From: Terriglobales bacterium
Lineage (GTDB): Bacteria > Acidobacteriota > Terriglobia > Terriglobales > Acidobacteriaceae
DNA length: 64,000 nt
Direction: 5' to 3'
NCBI GenBank assembly: GCA_963738095.1
Contig: CAVTVL010000009.1
Span: 18,124 to 82,123, forward strand
The notes beneath the pieces were generated by a model that worked only from the letters and a program-made list of their open reading frames with translations, was not told the origin of the DNA and did no database searches. Below are positions 1-10,372 of this stretch, one piece after another; the stretch's first letter is position 1; every line of letters begins with the position of its first letter. Both the position numbers and the translations under genes were made by a program.

Positions 1-474
1 GTCGAGCTCCACGGCAAATCCCAGTCCGGAGATGTGCCCGCCTAATTGCTGGACCAGTTTCACGGTTGCTTCCATGGTGCCGCCGGTGGCGAGCAGATCG
101 TCGACCACGACTACGTTCTGTCCCGGCTCGATGGCGTCCAAGTGGATTTCGAGAGAGTCCGCTCCATATTCAAGGTCGTAGGTGACACGGGCGACCGGGG
201 CAGGCAGCTTACGCGGTTTGCGGACAGGGACGAAGCCGGCATTCAGGCGGTAGGCGAGTGCCGGGCCGAAGATGAAGCCGCGGGCTTCGATGCCGAGAAC
301 GAGGTCGATGTCTCTGCCAATGTAGTGCGCGGCGAACGCGTCGATCAACTGCGCGAAGCCGATTCTGTCTTTGAGTAAAGTTGTGATGTCGTAGAAGAGG
401 ATTCCCGGCTTAGGGAAGTCGGGAACGGTGCGGACGAGTGCCTTCAGCGGCTCACAATCAAGAGAATGACTCAT
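1..474 (-). CDS. apt: Adenine phosphoribosyltransferase (3' end runs off the window)
   Basis: Manual translation of the minus strand: [34 protein letters not shown]...[13 protein letters not shown] (PRPP-binding motif)...FAVELD. Not in the ORF track because the stop is outside the window. Confidence 0.95.
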   Translation of the reverse strand, partial: MSHSLDCEPLKALVRTVPDFPKPGILFYDITTLLKDRIGFAQLIDAFAAHYIGRDIDLVLGIEARGFIFGPALAYRLNAGFVPVRKPRKLPAPVARVTYDLEYGADSLEIHLDAIEPGQNVVVVDDLLATGGTMEATVKLVQQLGGHISGLGFAVELD

Positions 475-482
475 AGCTGGGA

Positions 483-764
483 TTACCAGGCTCCTTCAAT
501 CTGAAATGGTCCAAGGTCGGTGTCTTCCGAGTCGTTGAGCAAATGCTCGCCGATCTGGTCGACGCGGCTGCCACGCGATCCGCGATCGAGCGCGAGGCGC
601 AGGGCGGAAAGGTCGTCCGGTTCGCCGGCAGCGAGGACTTCGACGTGACCGTCCTCGGTGTTCCGCACCCAGCCGCGCAGGCCCAGCGCCCCGGCTTCGC
701 GGTGGACGTACCAGCGGAAGCCAACGCCCTGTACGCGGCCTTTGATGAGGTAATGACGAACCAT
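483..764 (-). CDS. acyP: Acylphosphatase
   Basis: Signature GRVQGVGFR and GWVRN-x-x-DG-x-VE motifs, 93 aa. Confidence 0.95.
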   Translation of the reverse strand: MVRHYLIKGRVQGVGFRWYVHREAGALGLRGWVRNTEDGHVEVLAAGEPDDLSALRLALDRGSRGSRVDQIGEHLLNDSEDTDLGPFQIEGAW

Positions 765-1129
765 AGCGGTGAACCGAAGACAAGTGTTGCAGATGCGGCT
801 TGAGGGCGCAAGGCGACCACCCCTGCATAAGGGGGCACGGGAATATTATTGAAAACAAATGGCGATCGCAGAGATAGAGCTAATTAACAGATATCATTGC
901 AGTTATACGCATCTAATTGATTCCAGGCGTGTTGTGGATAGAGACCGTCAGCACAGTCTCTCTTTCATTTATGTTCCCTATATTCAGTTTACCAAAATGA
1001 CCGATAATACTGTGCCAATATTTGTTGCAACGATTAATTTAAAATGCATATTCCGAATCCATCTGTGGCATCGTCCAAACCGGTCCCCCCATAACACTGG
1101 GGCGCAAGTGTCAAAGGCACGAATCGTGG

Positions 1130-1702
1130 TCAAGTTAGGCTCTGATTTTCAGCCATGATCGCTTTTCGGCCATAATAGCTGATCAGATAGAACGCAACTC
1201 CGAAAGAGATGATGTCCTTGAAGAGAAACAGGCCGAGATTGTTCATGTAATGGATGCCGTGAACCACGATGGTGTCATCGGGAGTCGTGATCAACATGCT
1301 GCTTGTAGTGAAGAACATGCCGACTAGAATGATCCCGCCCAGAATGCCTGCTTTAGGTTTAAAGTAGCCAACGATCAGTAGGATTGCTGCTGTCCATTCA
1401 GTGGCCCCGATCATATCCCCGAGAATATATGGTCCAAAGACCTTGAGTTGCCAACTGGTAAGTGGGCTGTTAGTGACGAGCGGGATGATGCCTTCTGCTC
1501 CGGGTGCTGTCATTTTGAACTTGCCTGCCCACAGCAACATCACGATCATTCCAATGCTGCAAATAAGGAAAGGGATATTTCGATCTATAACAAACGCGGC
1601 AATCTTCGTTAGAACACTCTTCGCCTGCAGTTTGTTACCTGTGTTCGCTTGAGATCCGCGCACACCACCACCCGACGCCTCAGCGGATGTGGTTTCAGTC
1701 AT
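1130..1702 (-). CDS. DUF417 (YkgB/RclC-like) inner membrane protein
   Basis: Four hydrophobic segments; GKFKM...AEGIIPLVTNSPL and FLFKD motifs typical of DUF417. Confidence 0.75.
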   Translation of the reverse strand: MTETTSAEASGGGVRGSQANTGNKLQAKSVLTKIAAFVIDRNIPFLICSIGMIVMLLWAGKFKMTAPGAEGIIPLVTNSPLTSWQLKVFGPYILGDMIGATEWTAAILLIVGYFKPKAGILGGIILVGMFFTTSSMLITTPDDTIVVHGIHYMNNLGLFLFKDIISFGVAFYLISYYGRKAIMAENQSLT

Positions 1703-2128
1703 AAAAGGACTCCTTCATGTGATGATCCATCGGTGTCAAATATTGAAGGCCGATTTAAAACACTGTCAACACCCCGGGCGGTACCTCCATCGAGACCAGC
1801 GATACCTGTCAGTTCCTCCAGCGATCCAACTGAATAATGAAGCAGATGTCGATGATTGGTTCCAGTTCATTTCGGGCGCATTGCACCAGTAACGGGACGA
1901 ACTGCTGAGAGACATCCCCGGAGCATTCGACCGACTAGCACACCCGCAGTCTGAGCGTGATGCTGAATACGGCGCGGGCGGTCCTTGAGCTGCATTCGCG
2001 GTAAGCCGCCAACTCATTGTTGGCGAATCACCGGCAAACAGGAAGGAATCCCGAAATGCCTGTGAAGTCACATTTTCAGTAAATTGCTTCCCATGCCAAG
2101 GAAAAGCAGGCAAGTTACCTGAATCTGG

Positions 2129-3358
2129 GGCGGTCTCAACCGGTGGACGCAACACTGGCTTGGAGTTTACTCGCTGGAGTTGCAAAGTCCAAAGTCTTGC
2201 GCGGGCGTTGATTGAGGCGCAGGGCTATCTTGTCGAGGTCGGCTTGGGAGTAGCCGGACAAGTCGGTTTTCCTGGGGAAGTACTGTCGCAGTAGCCCGTT
2301 GGTGTTTTCGTTGGTGCCGCGTTGCCAGGGGCTCTGCGGATCACAGAAGTAGACGTTCACCTTCGTGGCCACGGTGAAGCTCTTGTGTTTGGCCATCTCC
2401 AACCCTCGGTCCCAGGTCAACGAGCGCCTCAGAGACGCGGGGAGTTTACGAACCTGCCGGGTGAGCGCATCCACTACGGTCGCTGTGTCCTTGCTGGGCA
2501 CTTTGACCAGGATAGTGAAACGCGAATGTCGTTCCACCAGGGTTGCGATGTGACTGTTGCCGGTGCCGCTGAGCAGATCTCCCTCCCAATGACCAGGGAT
2601 GGCACGATCTTCAATTTCTGCAGGCCTCTCGCTGATGGAGATGGCATCGACGATCTGACCGCGGGACTGTCCGCCAGCTGGAGCGTGCACTGAGCGACGG
2701 ATAGATCGCTTGGACCGCAGCTGTTGAATCAGTTCTTTTTTCAGCACCCCTCGAGCCTGGATGAATAAGCTGCGGTAGATAGTCTCGGGGGACACGCGCA
2801 TGCTCTCGTTGCGGAGATACCGTCTCTTCCACCAACCTGAAATCTGTTCCGGCGACCCGTCCAGGATCAGTTTACTGGCCACGATCATCCGCAGCTTGCT
2901 GTGCCTGGCAAGCAGGCAGGCCTTGGGCCGTTGAGCTAACTTCCAGGCCCGATGATCGGCTTCACTGGCTCGATACAGTGGACGCCCGCCGTGACGCGCC
3001 ACCTCCCGGCTCACCGTCGACGCAGCCCGCTGAAGTCCTCTGGCGATCTTCCGTATCGACGAACCGGAAGCAATGCCTCGTGAGATGTCTTCCCGTTCCG
3101 CCAACGTAAGCGATCGCAGAGAGCGCCGACGAACGGCTGGAACAATCCCGCCGTGCTGCGATAACAAGAACTGAATCGAGCCATGGTCCTTGCCAAAGGC
3201 GCGGCCAATCTCGTGCCATGACTCACCCGCCTTCCAGCGTCGCCAAATCTCAGCCTTCTGCTCCGCAGAAAGCCCATACCGTCTCCCTTGTCTCATCAAC
3301 ACCACCTCTAAAAAATGATCTAAATCAGATGATGTTGCATCCACCGGTTGAGACCGCC
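2129..3358 (-). mobile_element. IS30-family insertion sequence, copy 1 (1230 bp)
   Basis: 26-bp terminal inverted repeats GGCGGTCTCAACCGGTGGACGCAACA (2129-2154) and TGTTGCATCCACCGGTTGAGACCGCC (3333-3358), one mismatch. Ends uncertain by about 2 bp; no clear target duplication. Confidence 0.93.
2136..3296 (-). CDS. IS30-family transposase
   Basis: HTH N-terminus plus GHWEGD, TWDRGLEM and WQRGTNENTNGLLRQYFP DDE motifs. ATG at 3296 follows GAGGTGG. Confidence 0.95.
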   Translation of the reverse strand: MRQGRRYGLSAEQKAEIWRRWKAGESWHEIGRAFGKDHGSIQFLLSQHGGIVPAVRRRSLRSLTLAEREDISRGIASGSSIRKIARGLQRAASTVSREVARHGGRPLYRASEADHRAWKLAQRPKACLLARHSKLRMIVASKLILDGSPEQISGWWKRRYLRNESMRVSPETIYRSLFIQARGVLKKELIQQLRSKRSIRRSVHAPAGGQSRGQIVDAISISERPAEIEDRAIPGHWEGDLLSGTGNSHIATLVERHSRFTILVKVPSKDTATVVDALTRQVRKLPASLRRSLTWDRGLEMAKHKSFTVATKVNVYFCDPQSPWQRGTNENTNGLLRQYFPRKTDLSGYSQADLDKIALRLNQRPRKTLDFATPASKLQASVASTG

Positions 3359-3492
3359 GTATCTATCAGCACGAGTCTCCGTGGTCGATTGAGAACCGCA
3401 GCACGTTCCTCAGACCTACAATCCCCAAGGACATGCAGAACAGAGTTGCCAAGTCTAATGAGCGAAATCCAACCTACCTTTGAAAGAGGCTC

Positions 3493-3790
3493 CTAGTCGC
3501 AAAATGATTTGTACCAGAGCAATACTGTTCCGCAAGAAAATGCCTTACATGTCAGAAGAGTAAGACGCGAGGGGTCCTTCAGCGTCTTGGAGATTGTTGG
3601 GCCGCTACCGAGAAATACTGGATTCAGAAGCAAATGATACTCGTCGATAAGATTGTGTTCGATCAAGGATGCCACAAAACCACTTCCACCACAGGCAAGC
3701 ATGTCTTTGCCGGTTTGCCTCTTTAGTTGATTCACTTGATCGACGATCTCACCACGAGCTACAGTCACATTCGGCCATTCCGATCCAATC
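3493..3790 (-). pseudogene. C-terminal fragment of a dihydrofolate reductase/RibD-C family protein
   Basis: ...SEWPNVTVARGEIVDQVNQLKRQTGKDMLACGG...LIDEYHLLLNPVFLGSG matches the RibD_C C-terminal half; no N-terminal half upstream. Confidence 0.75.
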
Positions 3791-4193
3791 TAATACTGTG
3801 GTATGCACGAGTGGAGGTAGCACGGTGACAGAGCGCAAAGTGGAACGCGAGAGGGCTTACTTGCCGCTGGCGAGGAGCCGGGGCTTAAGCCTTCATTCAC
3901 CGAGTTGATCGGATCTATATTGGGGCACTCGACCTCAACGCGGCGCTGCGAAGGTGCGTTGACAACTACGGAATCGGCCCGTGGGATATTGCGAATTCAA
4001 CCCCGGCAACGCAAAGCGATCTGCGCGAATATCGTCAACCGGTCGAGGGGTCCTGGCGTCTCGCGACCACGATGGTTGACCGGATACAGTGAATATGCCC
4101 GACTGTTGAGTGGAAGGCAGCCATAACAGATCTTGCCAGTTAATTACGGATTCAGCTATCTGGTGTATATACATTGAAGAAAGAGGGTTAGCC

Positions 4194-7088
4194 ATGCGGT
4201 TGAAGTGCCTGTTCGCAATGCCTGCTGTGCGTTCGATCTCCGTTTGTATGCTCATTGGTTCTGCTTTGGCGTTCAGTCAAACACCGCCCCCACAGACGGG
4301 CAGTTCGAGTTTCAATGTGGCGCCGCCCAAGGATGAAGTAATGGGGAAAAAGGATACGACTTCGGGGAACTCGCAGAGATCGCAGGCAGGCAATCCGGAT
4401 CGGACCGTTGGGCCGCAGCAGGATGGTTCGATTGTTGCGTCGGACAATCAGACGCTGACGCCGGCCGGAAAGATTATTGAACTCGGCTCGCCCGTACGTG
4501 CCAAGGCAATTGCGCTCAATCCAAACCCGATGGCCCATAGCGCGGCTGTGCTCCTGATGGGCTCGCCACAACCGATCATCGTATTCGACACCGTAACGGG
4601 GCAGGTTCTTCAGCGCTTCATTCCAACGGATACGACGGCAGCTTCCGCCAAAGACAGGAGCGCGGGATCCTTTACGGGCATTATTTATTCTGTCGATGGC
4701 ACGAAGCTGCTCTTCAGTCAGGACAATAACTACGTTGTGATCGCGAACGTAAGCAGTAAGACCGGCCTTCTGAGCCCTGAGGAAAGGGTCAGTCTGCCTG
4801 AGCCTCCGGCTGACGGTCGTCCTTATCACAACGCGAAATCCATCAATCCGGGTGGCATTGCATTCTCTGATGACAGCAAGCGCGCCTATGTCGCGTTGAA
4901 TGTGGCGAACACGCTCGGCGTGATCGACCTGACGGCTTCTCCGGCCAAGCTCATTGACCAGATCCCTGTCGGCAATGTTCCAAATAGTGTTGTTGTGCGC
5001 GGCAAGTATGCCTATGTGAGCAACGAGGGAGGAAGGCCTGCTACCAGCGCCGACTTCACAAACTATTCCGATGGCACACCGATTGTCGTCGACCGCAAGG
5101 ATGCGTTCACGCTCACCGGCACGGTGTCCGTCGTGGATCTCATCGCCGGCAAGCAGGTCAAGACAATACCGGTTGGTCTGCACCCAGCCGGTATGACGAT
5201 ATCCGGCTCCAATCTTTATGTGGCCAACGCCTATAGCGACAGTCTTTCAATCATCGACTTGAAGACGGATAAGGTCGTGCGGACCATCAATCTCAGCGTT
5301 CCGATCGCCGGTGGCGTCTTCGGCTCCGGACCCAATGGCGTTGCTGTCACGGACGATGGAAAGGCTTACGTAACGCTGGGCCAAGCCAACGCTGTGGCTG
5401 TCGTCAACCTTCAGGGTCGTGATGCCAATCCGGTTATTGGCTATATTCCGACCGCTTATTTTCCGACTTCTATTACTTACGACAAAGCTCAGAAGCAGCT
5501 GGTGATTGCAGATGACAAGGGCCTGGGATCGCGGGGCAACACAAGTACGAAAGACGGCGTTATCGGATACAACACCCACGCCGACACCGGTGTCGTGAAC
5601 CTGATCCCCGAGCCAAATGCGAGCGAGTTGGGAAAGTTCAGCAAGCAGGTCTTCGGCAACGATCACTGGAACCTGACTACGAACATTGAAGTTGGCAAGG
5701 AGTACATCGATCCCCATGCTGCACCGATAGCGGTTCCCAAGCACATTGGGGAGCCCTCGCTCATCAAATATGTCTTTCTCATCATCAAAGAGAACCGTAC
5801 CTACGACCAGATGCTGGGTGACGTGGCGTGGGGGAATGGCGCTCGAGAACTTGCTGTCTTCGCCTCTGCCGTGCCGAATCAGCATGCGCTTGTGAAGCGA
5901 TTCCCGCTGCTCGACAACGTCTATGCGCCAAGCCGTCAGTCCGCGGATGGCCATCCGTGGATCGGAATGTCAGGGTCCTTCTACTCCAACGATATCTTGT
6001 CTCCTGACTGGATTCGTTCTTATCCGGGCGGTGAGGCGGAGGATGCTCTCACGAACACGCCCAAAGGCTTCTTATGGACAGCGGCGGAAGCAAAAGGACT
6101 TTCCGCTCGGCTATATGGCGAGTGGAGCAGCGGCACTATCATCGACCATAAGGCGGACGGTTCAGCCTATACATGGAGTGACTTCTACAGCACTTCGCTG
6201 TTTAAGGAAGACAAGGCTCCAGCCCCCAGCTGCATTGTCCCGGACGACGCGATCCATGTAACCTCCGCCATCCCCTCGGCGGCGAAAATTATGGACCCGC
6301 ATTATCCGCCGTTTAATCTCGATATTCCAGACCAGTACCGCGTCGATTACTGGATTAAGGAATTCCAGCAACTGGATACCGCCAATCAGGTTCCCAATCT
6401 GACGATTCTTTGGCTTCCGGACGATCATACCGCCGGCACCTCGACAGGTCATCCTTATCCCATCAACTACCAGGCGGACAACGATCTTGCTCTTGGCCGC
6501 ATGGTAGAAGCGATCAGCCACAGCAAGGTCTGGGCGCAATCAGCAATTTTTGTTGAAGAAGATGATTCACAGGCCGGAACCGATCATGTGGATGGACACC
6601 GCCAGCCGATCTATATCATCAGCCCGTACACTGCCGCCCCGCAGGCTCCGGGTCAGGGCAAGACGATTCACACTACCTATACGGCTGAAAATATAAACCG
6701 AACCATCGAAAACATTCTGGGCACCCAACCACTTACTCAGTTCGATCTTGTAGCCTCACCGATGTTTGACGCCTTTCAAAATACACCGGATCTGACGCCA
6801 TACGATCACCTGTCCGCGGTCATTCCTCTTGATAATGGGCCTGGCCTGCCGGCTGGGAAGGTTACCGCCTACAGCGCAATCGAGAAAGCCTGGCTTAAAG
6901 CGACGGCTGAGGTCATGAAAGGCAAGTACGACAAGGCAGACGCAGTCGACCCGAATTTTCTTAACCATGTGATCTGGTATGCGACCACAGGCTGGAATCG
7001 GCCCTATCCGGGAGAGGATAAAATTCTGACGCCGGGCCCCCTTGTCAGAGCCGCACTGAAGTACCGCGGCGATGATGATGACGACTGA
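4194..7088 (+). CDS. Secreted YncE/YVTN beta-propeller plus phosphoesterase (alkaline-phosphatase-fold) protein
   Basis: Signal peptide, repeated IPVG-x-x-P propeller blades, then KYVFLIIKENRTYDQMLGD, SADGH, LPDDHT, DNDLALGRMVE and EDDSQAGTDHVDGHR motifs. Confidence 0.88.
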   Translation: MRLKCLFAMPAVRSISVCMLIGSALAFSQTPPPQTGSSSFNVAPPKDEVMGKKDTTSGNSQRSQAGNPDRTVGPQQDGSIVASDNQTLTPAGKIIELGSPVRAKAIALNPNPMAHSAAVLLMGSPQPIIVFDTVTGQVLQRFIPTDTTAASAKDRSAGSFTGIIYSVDGTKLLFSQDNNYVVIANVSSKTGLLSPEERVSLPEPPADGRPYHNAKSINPGGIAFSDDSKRAYVALNVANTLGVIDLTASPAKLIDQIPVGNVPNSVVVRGKYAYVSNEGGRPATSADFTNYSDGTPIVVDRKDAFTLTGTVSVVDLIAGKQVKTIPVGLHPAGMTISGSNLYVANAYSDSLSIIDLKTDKVVRTINLSVPIAGGVFGSGPNGVAVTDDGKAYVTLGQANAVAVVNLQGRDANPVIGYIPTAYFPTSITYDKAQKQLVIADDKGLGSRGNTSTKDGVIGYNTHADTGVVNLIPEPNASELGKFSKQVFGNDHWNLTTNIEVGKEYIDPHAAPIAVPKHIGEPSLIKYVFLIIKENRTYDQMLGDVAWGNGARELAVFASAVPNQHALVKRFPLLDNVYAPSRQSADGHPWIGMSGSFYSNDILSPDWIRSYPGGEAEDALTNTPKGFLWTAAEAKGLSARLYGEWSSGTIIDHKADGSAYTWSDFYSTSLFKEDKAPAPSCIVPDDAIHVTSAIPSAAKIMDPHYPPFNLDIPDQYRVDYWIKEFQQLDTANQVPNLTILWLPDDHTAGTSTGHPYPINYQADNDLALGRMVEAISHSKVWAQSAIFVEEDDSQAGTDHVDGHRQPIYIISPYTAAPQAPGQGKTIHTTYTAENINRTIENILGTQPLTQFDLVASPMFDAFQNTPDLTPYDHLSAVIPLDNGPGLPAGKVTAYSAIEKAWLKATAEVMKGKYDKADAVDPNFLNHVIWYATTGWNRPYPGEDKILTPGPLVRAALKYRGDDDDD

Positions 7089-7303
7089 AGGGCTCCGCGA
7101 TCTTGCTATGTCGGTAGGGTCACCAGGGCAGGGACGTTCACGTCTTCGCCATATCCTTGCAATTCTCAAAAAGTGACTCGGCGATATAGCACCAGCCAGG
7201 AAAGAGCGACGGGCAACTTCCCGTTTACAGACAATCCATCTTGAGATGCCGCATCTTGGAACTGTTTGAACTGATCCTGCACAATAAAGCTCTGGAGGAT
7301 CGG

Positions 7304-8072
7304 ATGTTTTATCGAGTGGACTACATGCTGGCGGTACTCCTCGTCGGTTTTCTTACAGGAGTTCTATCGAGTAGTTTTTTTGAAAACATCTCTCCATCAC
7401 GGCTGGGGCAGGGATACTACGTAGTCGTCGCAATTTTATTGCTACTGCGGACGGGACTTTTCGCCTGCACCATGCTCCTGAGCCATCAGAGCTTCTGGAG
7501 TATACTCGGCGGCATCGTTGGAGATCTGATTAGTCTTCTTTTTGGTTTCTTGTTTGGCTTGGCGGCACGACGCAAAGATGCACGCATACTCCTGAAAAAT
7601 CCATCTATCCTCGGAGCGCTCTACATGAGGCTTGCCTTCACCTTTGCGCTTGTCGGCATAGGAAAAGGCATTTTCCATAGCTCCTATGACTGAGTTTTTC
7701 ACGCAGTCGGGATACTCAGTTGCTTTCCTCAAGTTCATCATAATCGCAGAGGTATTTGCTGCAATTGGACTGCTGCTTCCATGGGCCATTCTTCCGTCTT
7801 TACTCGGCCTCTCAGTAGACATGTTTGGTGCCGTACTGACGCATATTCATAACGGTGACCCGCTGAACGACAGCACAGATGCGCTCGGCATGCTGATCCA
7901 CCTGGTCGTTATCGGTGTACTTTGGGACCTTAGCCGCCGAACCTCTAAAAGCCTCCGACATTCAATTCTGAGGGTCGGAGTCGTCGCTTTGGTTTGTCTG
8001 ATGGTAGCTGTCGTTGGAGGCTCAACGATGCGTCATGTCGGTGCGGCAGCAACCTCTCACGTCTCTCAATGA
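7304..8072 (+). pseudogene. DoxX-like membrane protein split by a +1 frameshift near 7665
   Basis: ORFs 7304-7693 and 7686-8072 join as ...FALVGIGK/AFSIAPMTEFFTQSGY...AEVFAAIGLLLP if one base is removed in GGAAAAGGCA. May be a sequencing error. Confidence 0.6.
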
Positions 8073-8261
8073 AAGCTGTTGATCCATAGGAGCATTGTCT
8101 CTGAGTCACGAGCGATTATGGAGCATCTGGGCATAGCGAAGCATGCTCTGCTGCTTGTCCGGGCGGTAGTTGGAGATGAGCAGGACTTTCATTCCGTTGA
8201 TGGAGCTAAACTACCGCGACTTTCTGGCTGCAATTCTCGTAGACGGGAGGCAGGAAAACAA

Positions 8262-8293
8262 AATGGCCTGAGATGGAAGACAGTCAGGCCATT
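8262..8293 (-). terminator. Rho-independent terminator of the epimerase gene
   Basis: AATGGCCTGA...TCAGGCCATT stem followed by a T-rich run on the minus strand, just after the 8310 stop. Confidence 0.6.
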
Positions 8294-8309
8294 CTGGTTG
8301 CTTCTTGAT

Positions 8310-9299
8310 TTATTTTGCTACGGGCGCCAGCATCTCTCGTTCAATCCACTCATAGGTTCTGGCCATACCGTCTCTGAGTCGAATCGAGGGCTCCCATCCG
8401 AGATATTGGAGGATCTTCGAATTATCGCTGTTGCGCCCGTTTACTCCTTTGGGAGCGTCGAGCTTGTAGGTTCTTTTGAGCTTGATTCCGGCAATCTCTT
8501 CCACGATGTCTACGAGCTGGTTGATGGTTACGAGCTCACTGCTGCCAAGATTAATGGGCTCACGGATGTCGCTCTCCAGAATCGCCTGCGTGCCCTCGGT
8601 ACAGTCGTCGATATACATAAAGCTGCGCGTCTGATGGCCGTCGCCCCATATCTCGATTTCGTGTTTGCCCGACGCTTTCGCCTGAATGACCTTGCGGCAA
8701 ATTGCCGCCGGGGCCTTCTCACGGCCTCCGTCATAGGTGCCTAAAGGTCCATAGACATTGTGATAGCGGGCCACCCGGGTCTCGAGCCCAAAGTCCTCTT
8801 CAAAGTGACGGCACATGCGTTCGCTGAAGAGCTTTTCCCACCCATAGCCGTCTTCGGGCAAAGCGGGATAGGCATCTTCTTCCTTCAGCGGCACGACATC
8901 GGGATTCGTTTGCTTGTCGCCGTTATAGACGCAAGCCGAGGAGGAATAAAAGAAACGCTCTACGCCGGAATCCTTGGCAGCCATCAGCATGTGCGTGTTC
9001 GTAAGCACGCTCAACATGCAAAGAGCCTTATTGTTCTCAATAAAACCCATTCCGCCCATGTCGGCGGCCAGCTGGAAGACAATCTGCATCTCTTCTGCAG
9101 CCTTGTAGCAATTGTCTTTGTCGCGCAGGTCGAGCGACAGATTTTCCACCTCTCTGCTCTTCTGGTACCACTCATCGAGCGGTTTTACGTCTACTGCGCG
9201 CACCACGTTAACCCCATTTTTCAACAGCGCCTGCACAAGATGGCCGCCAATAAAACCGCCCCCGCCACACACAACAACTCTTTCATTTTTCAATTTCAT
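8310..9299 (-). CDS. NAD-dependent epimerase, GDP-mannose 3,5-epimerase-like
   Basis: GGGGFIG, LAADMGGMGFI, SSSACVY, YGWEKLFSE and GGREKAPAAICRK motifs characteristic of the GME subfamily of extended SDRs. Confidence 0.85.
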   Translation of the reverse strand: MKLKNERVVVCGGGGFIGGHLVQALLKNGVNVVRAVDVKPLDEWYQKSREVENLSLDLRDKDNCYKAAEEMQIVFQLAADMGGMGFIENNKALCMLSVLTNTHMLMAAKDSGVERFFYSSSACVYNGDKQTNPDVVPLKEEDAYPALPEDGYGWEKLFSERMCRHFEEDFGLETRVARYHNVYGPLGTYDGGREKAPAAICRKVIQAKASGKHEIEIWGDGHQTRSFMYIDDCTEGTQAILESDIREPINLGSSELVTINQLVDIVEEIAGIKLKRTYKLDAPKGVNGRNSDNSKILQYLGWEPSIRLRDGMARTYEWIEREMLAPVAK

Positions 9300-9464
9300 A
9301 CCCTGGCTCTCCAATGCAGGCTTAGATTCTGAAGATTCGGCTGGAGTTTTCGCGGCTTTCCCAGTTTTTTTATATCGCCCGCGTATTACTTACGTTCATC
9401 ATTGATGAGATTTTCATTCTCGCGTTAAAGACTGTTTATCCTGTAAAACTTATGATGGACTAGC

Positions 9465-9749
9465 ATGGATGGACTTCCGATGATCTACTTACTGCTGTTT
9501 TCAATTGGCTTTTTCATCGTTGGTGTCGTATGTGGAGTTGGTTTCAGCGGCTTTAATGTCAACAAATGCGCTCAAGCTGAGATCTTAAAAGACCAGCCTA
9601 GCTGGTGGCTGCATGCAAAACAGGCTGCTCGTGATCAAAGAAAGCACGAAATTAGAGTTGCAGTGCAAAGGCTGCGCGGGAACATCGTTCCCCAGCCAAC
9701 CCCAACGCTTGGAGAGCACCAGCCAGAAGTTCCGACTCTGCGCGGTTAG
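9465..9749 (+). CDS. Small hypothetical protein with one N-terminal transmembrane segment
   Basis: 94-aa ORF with hydrophobic N-terminus; no family recognised. Confidence 0.4.
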   Translation: MDGLPMIYLLLFSIGFFIVGVVCGVGFSGFNVNKCAQAEILKDQPSWWLHAKQAARDQRKHEIRVAVQRLRGNIVPQPTPTLGEHQPEVPTLRG

Positions 9750-9925
9750 TTCAGCACAGCGAGCCTTATGCGACAACTATCTTCAGCAGCATACTATAAA
9801 TATGTCGTCTTCCAACGTACTTCCCATCCAGACCTAGCCGCTAGCGCATTCTGCAACTGCGATAGTTCCGCAGTTGCCCTACTTGTAGTAACAAGACTTA
9901 ATCGCCAATAGGAAAATACTCCTCG

Positions 9926-10372
9926 TTACATCTCAATAACCCCCGCGCGCGCCGCCTGCTTCCTCCGCAGTAGACCTGCCACAATGCGGCCCGAGACGTG
10001 GCCCCATTTTTCGAATTCGTCCGCAACTGCCATCGGATTATGCTCGTTGAGATACCGAAGCATAGACGACTTCGCAAATGCTGCATAACCGATGTTGAAG
10101 ACGAAGTCCACAAGAGCATCGAATTCACCCTGCCTTAGTGACACTTCCACCATACTGTTAACCGCATCAGCGGCGCTTTGAATGTCAGCCACAAACAACT
10201 TATTGGCCTGCTCCTCAGTAATGGTGAGACTGTCGATCACCTCCGGACCGGTATGCCCGTAACCGATCGTCCATATTCCCAGGTGATTCTTGTATGCCTG
10301 GAGCCGCACTTCTTCAAACTGCTCCCTGATTGCAAGCCCGTCTTTGCTGTAGATCAAGTTGTTGACGTACAT
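9926..10372 (-). CDS. GH24 phage-type lysozyme, possibly degenerate
   Basis: FE...AY...GIWTIGYGHTG, QGEFDALVDFVFNIG and GLLRR motifs. ATG at 10372 follows GGAGAAGG. Confidence 0.8.
   Translation of the reverse strand: MYVNNLIYSKDGLAIREQFEEVRLQAYKNHLGIWTIGYGHTGPEVIDSLTITEEQANKLFVADIQSAADAVNSMVEVSLRQGEFDALVDFVFNIGYAAFAKSSMLRYLNEHNPMAVADEFEKWGHVSGRIVAGLLRRKQAARAGVIEM

Noticed and set aside
46-378. 110-aa plus-strand ORF
   Set aside because: Antisense shadow of apt, which has clear motifs on the minus strand.
819-834. ACCCCT(G)CATAAGGGG also found at 52213-52227, considered as an attL/attR pair
   Set aside because: Only 15 bp with an indel, self-complementary, and no integrase or tRNA nearby; chance or small hairpins is as likely.
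4188-7169. Several long minus-strand ORFs (331, 235, 125 and 137 aa)
   Set aside because: Antisense to the phosphoesterase gene; no motifs.
8079-9332. Plus-strand ORFs of 221 and 190 aa
   Set aside because: Antisense shadows of the epimerase.
9465-10372. Holin-endolysin cassette or prophage
   Set aside because: The small membrane ORF is convergent with, not co-transcribed with, the lysozyme, and no other phage genes are present.
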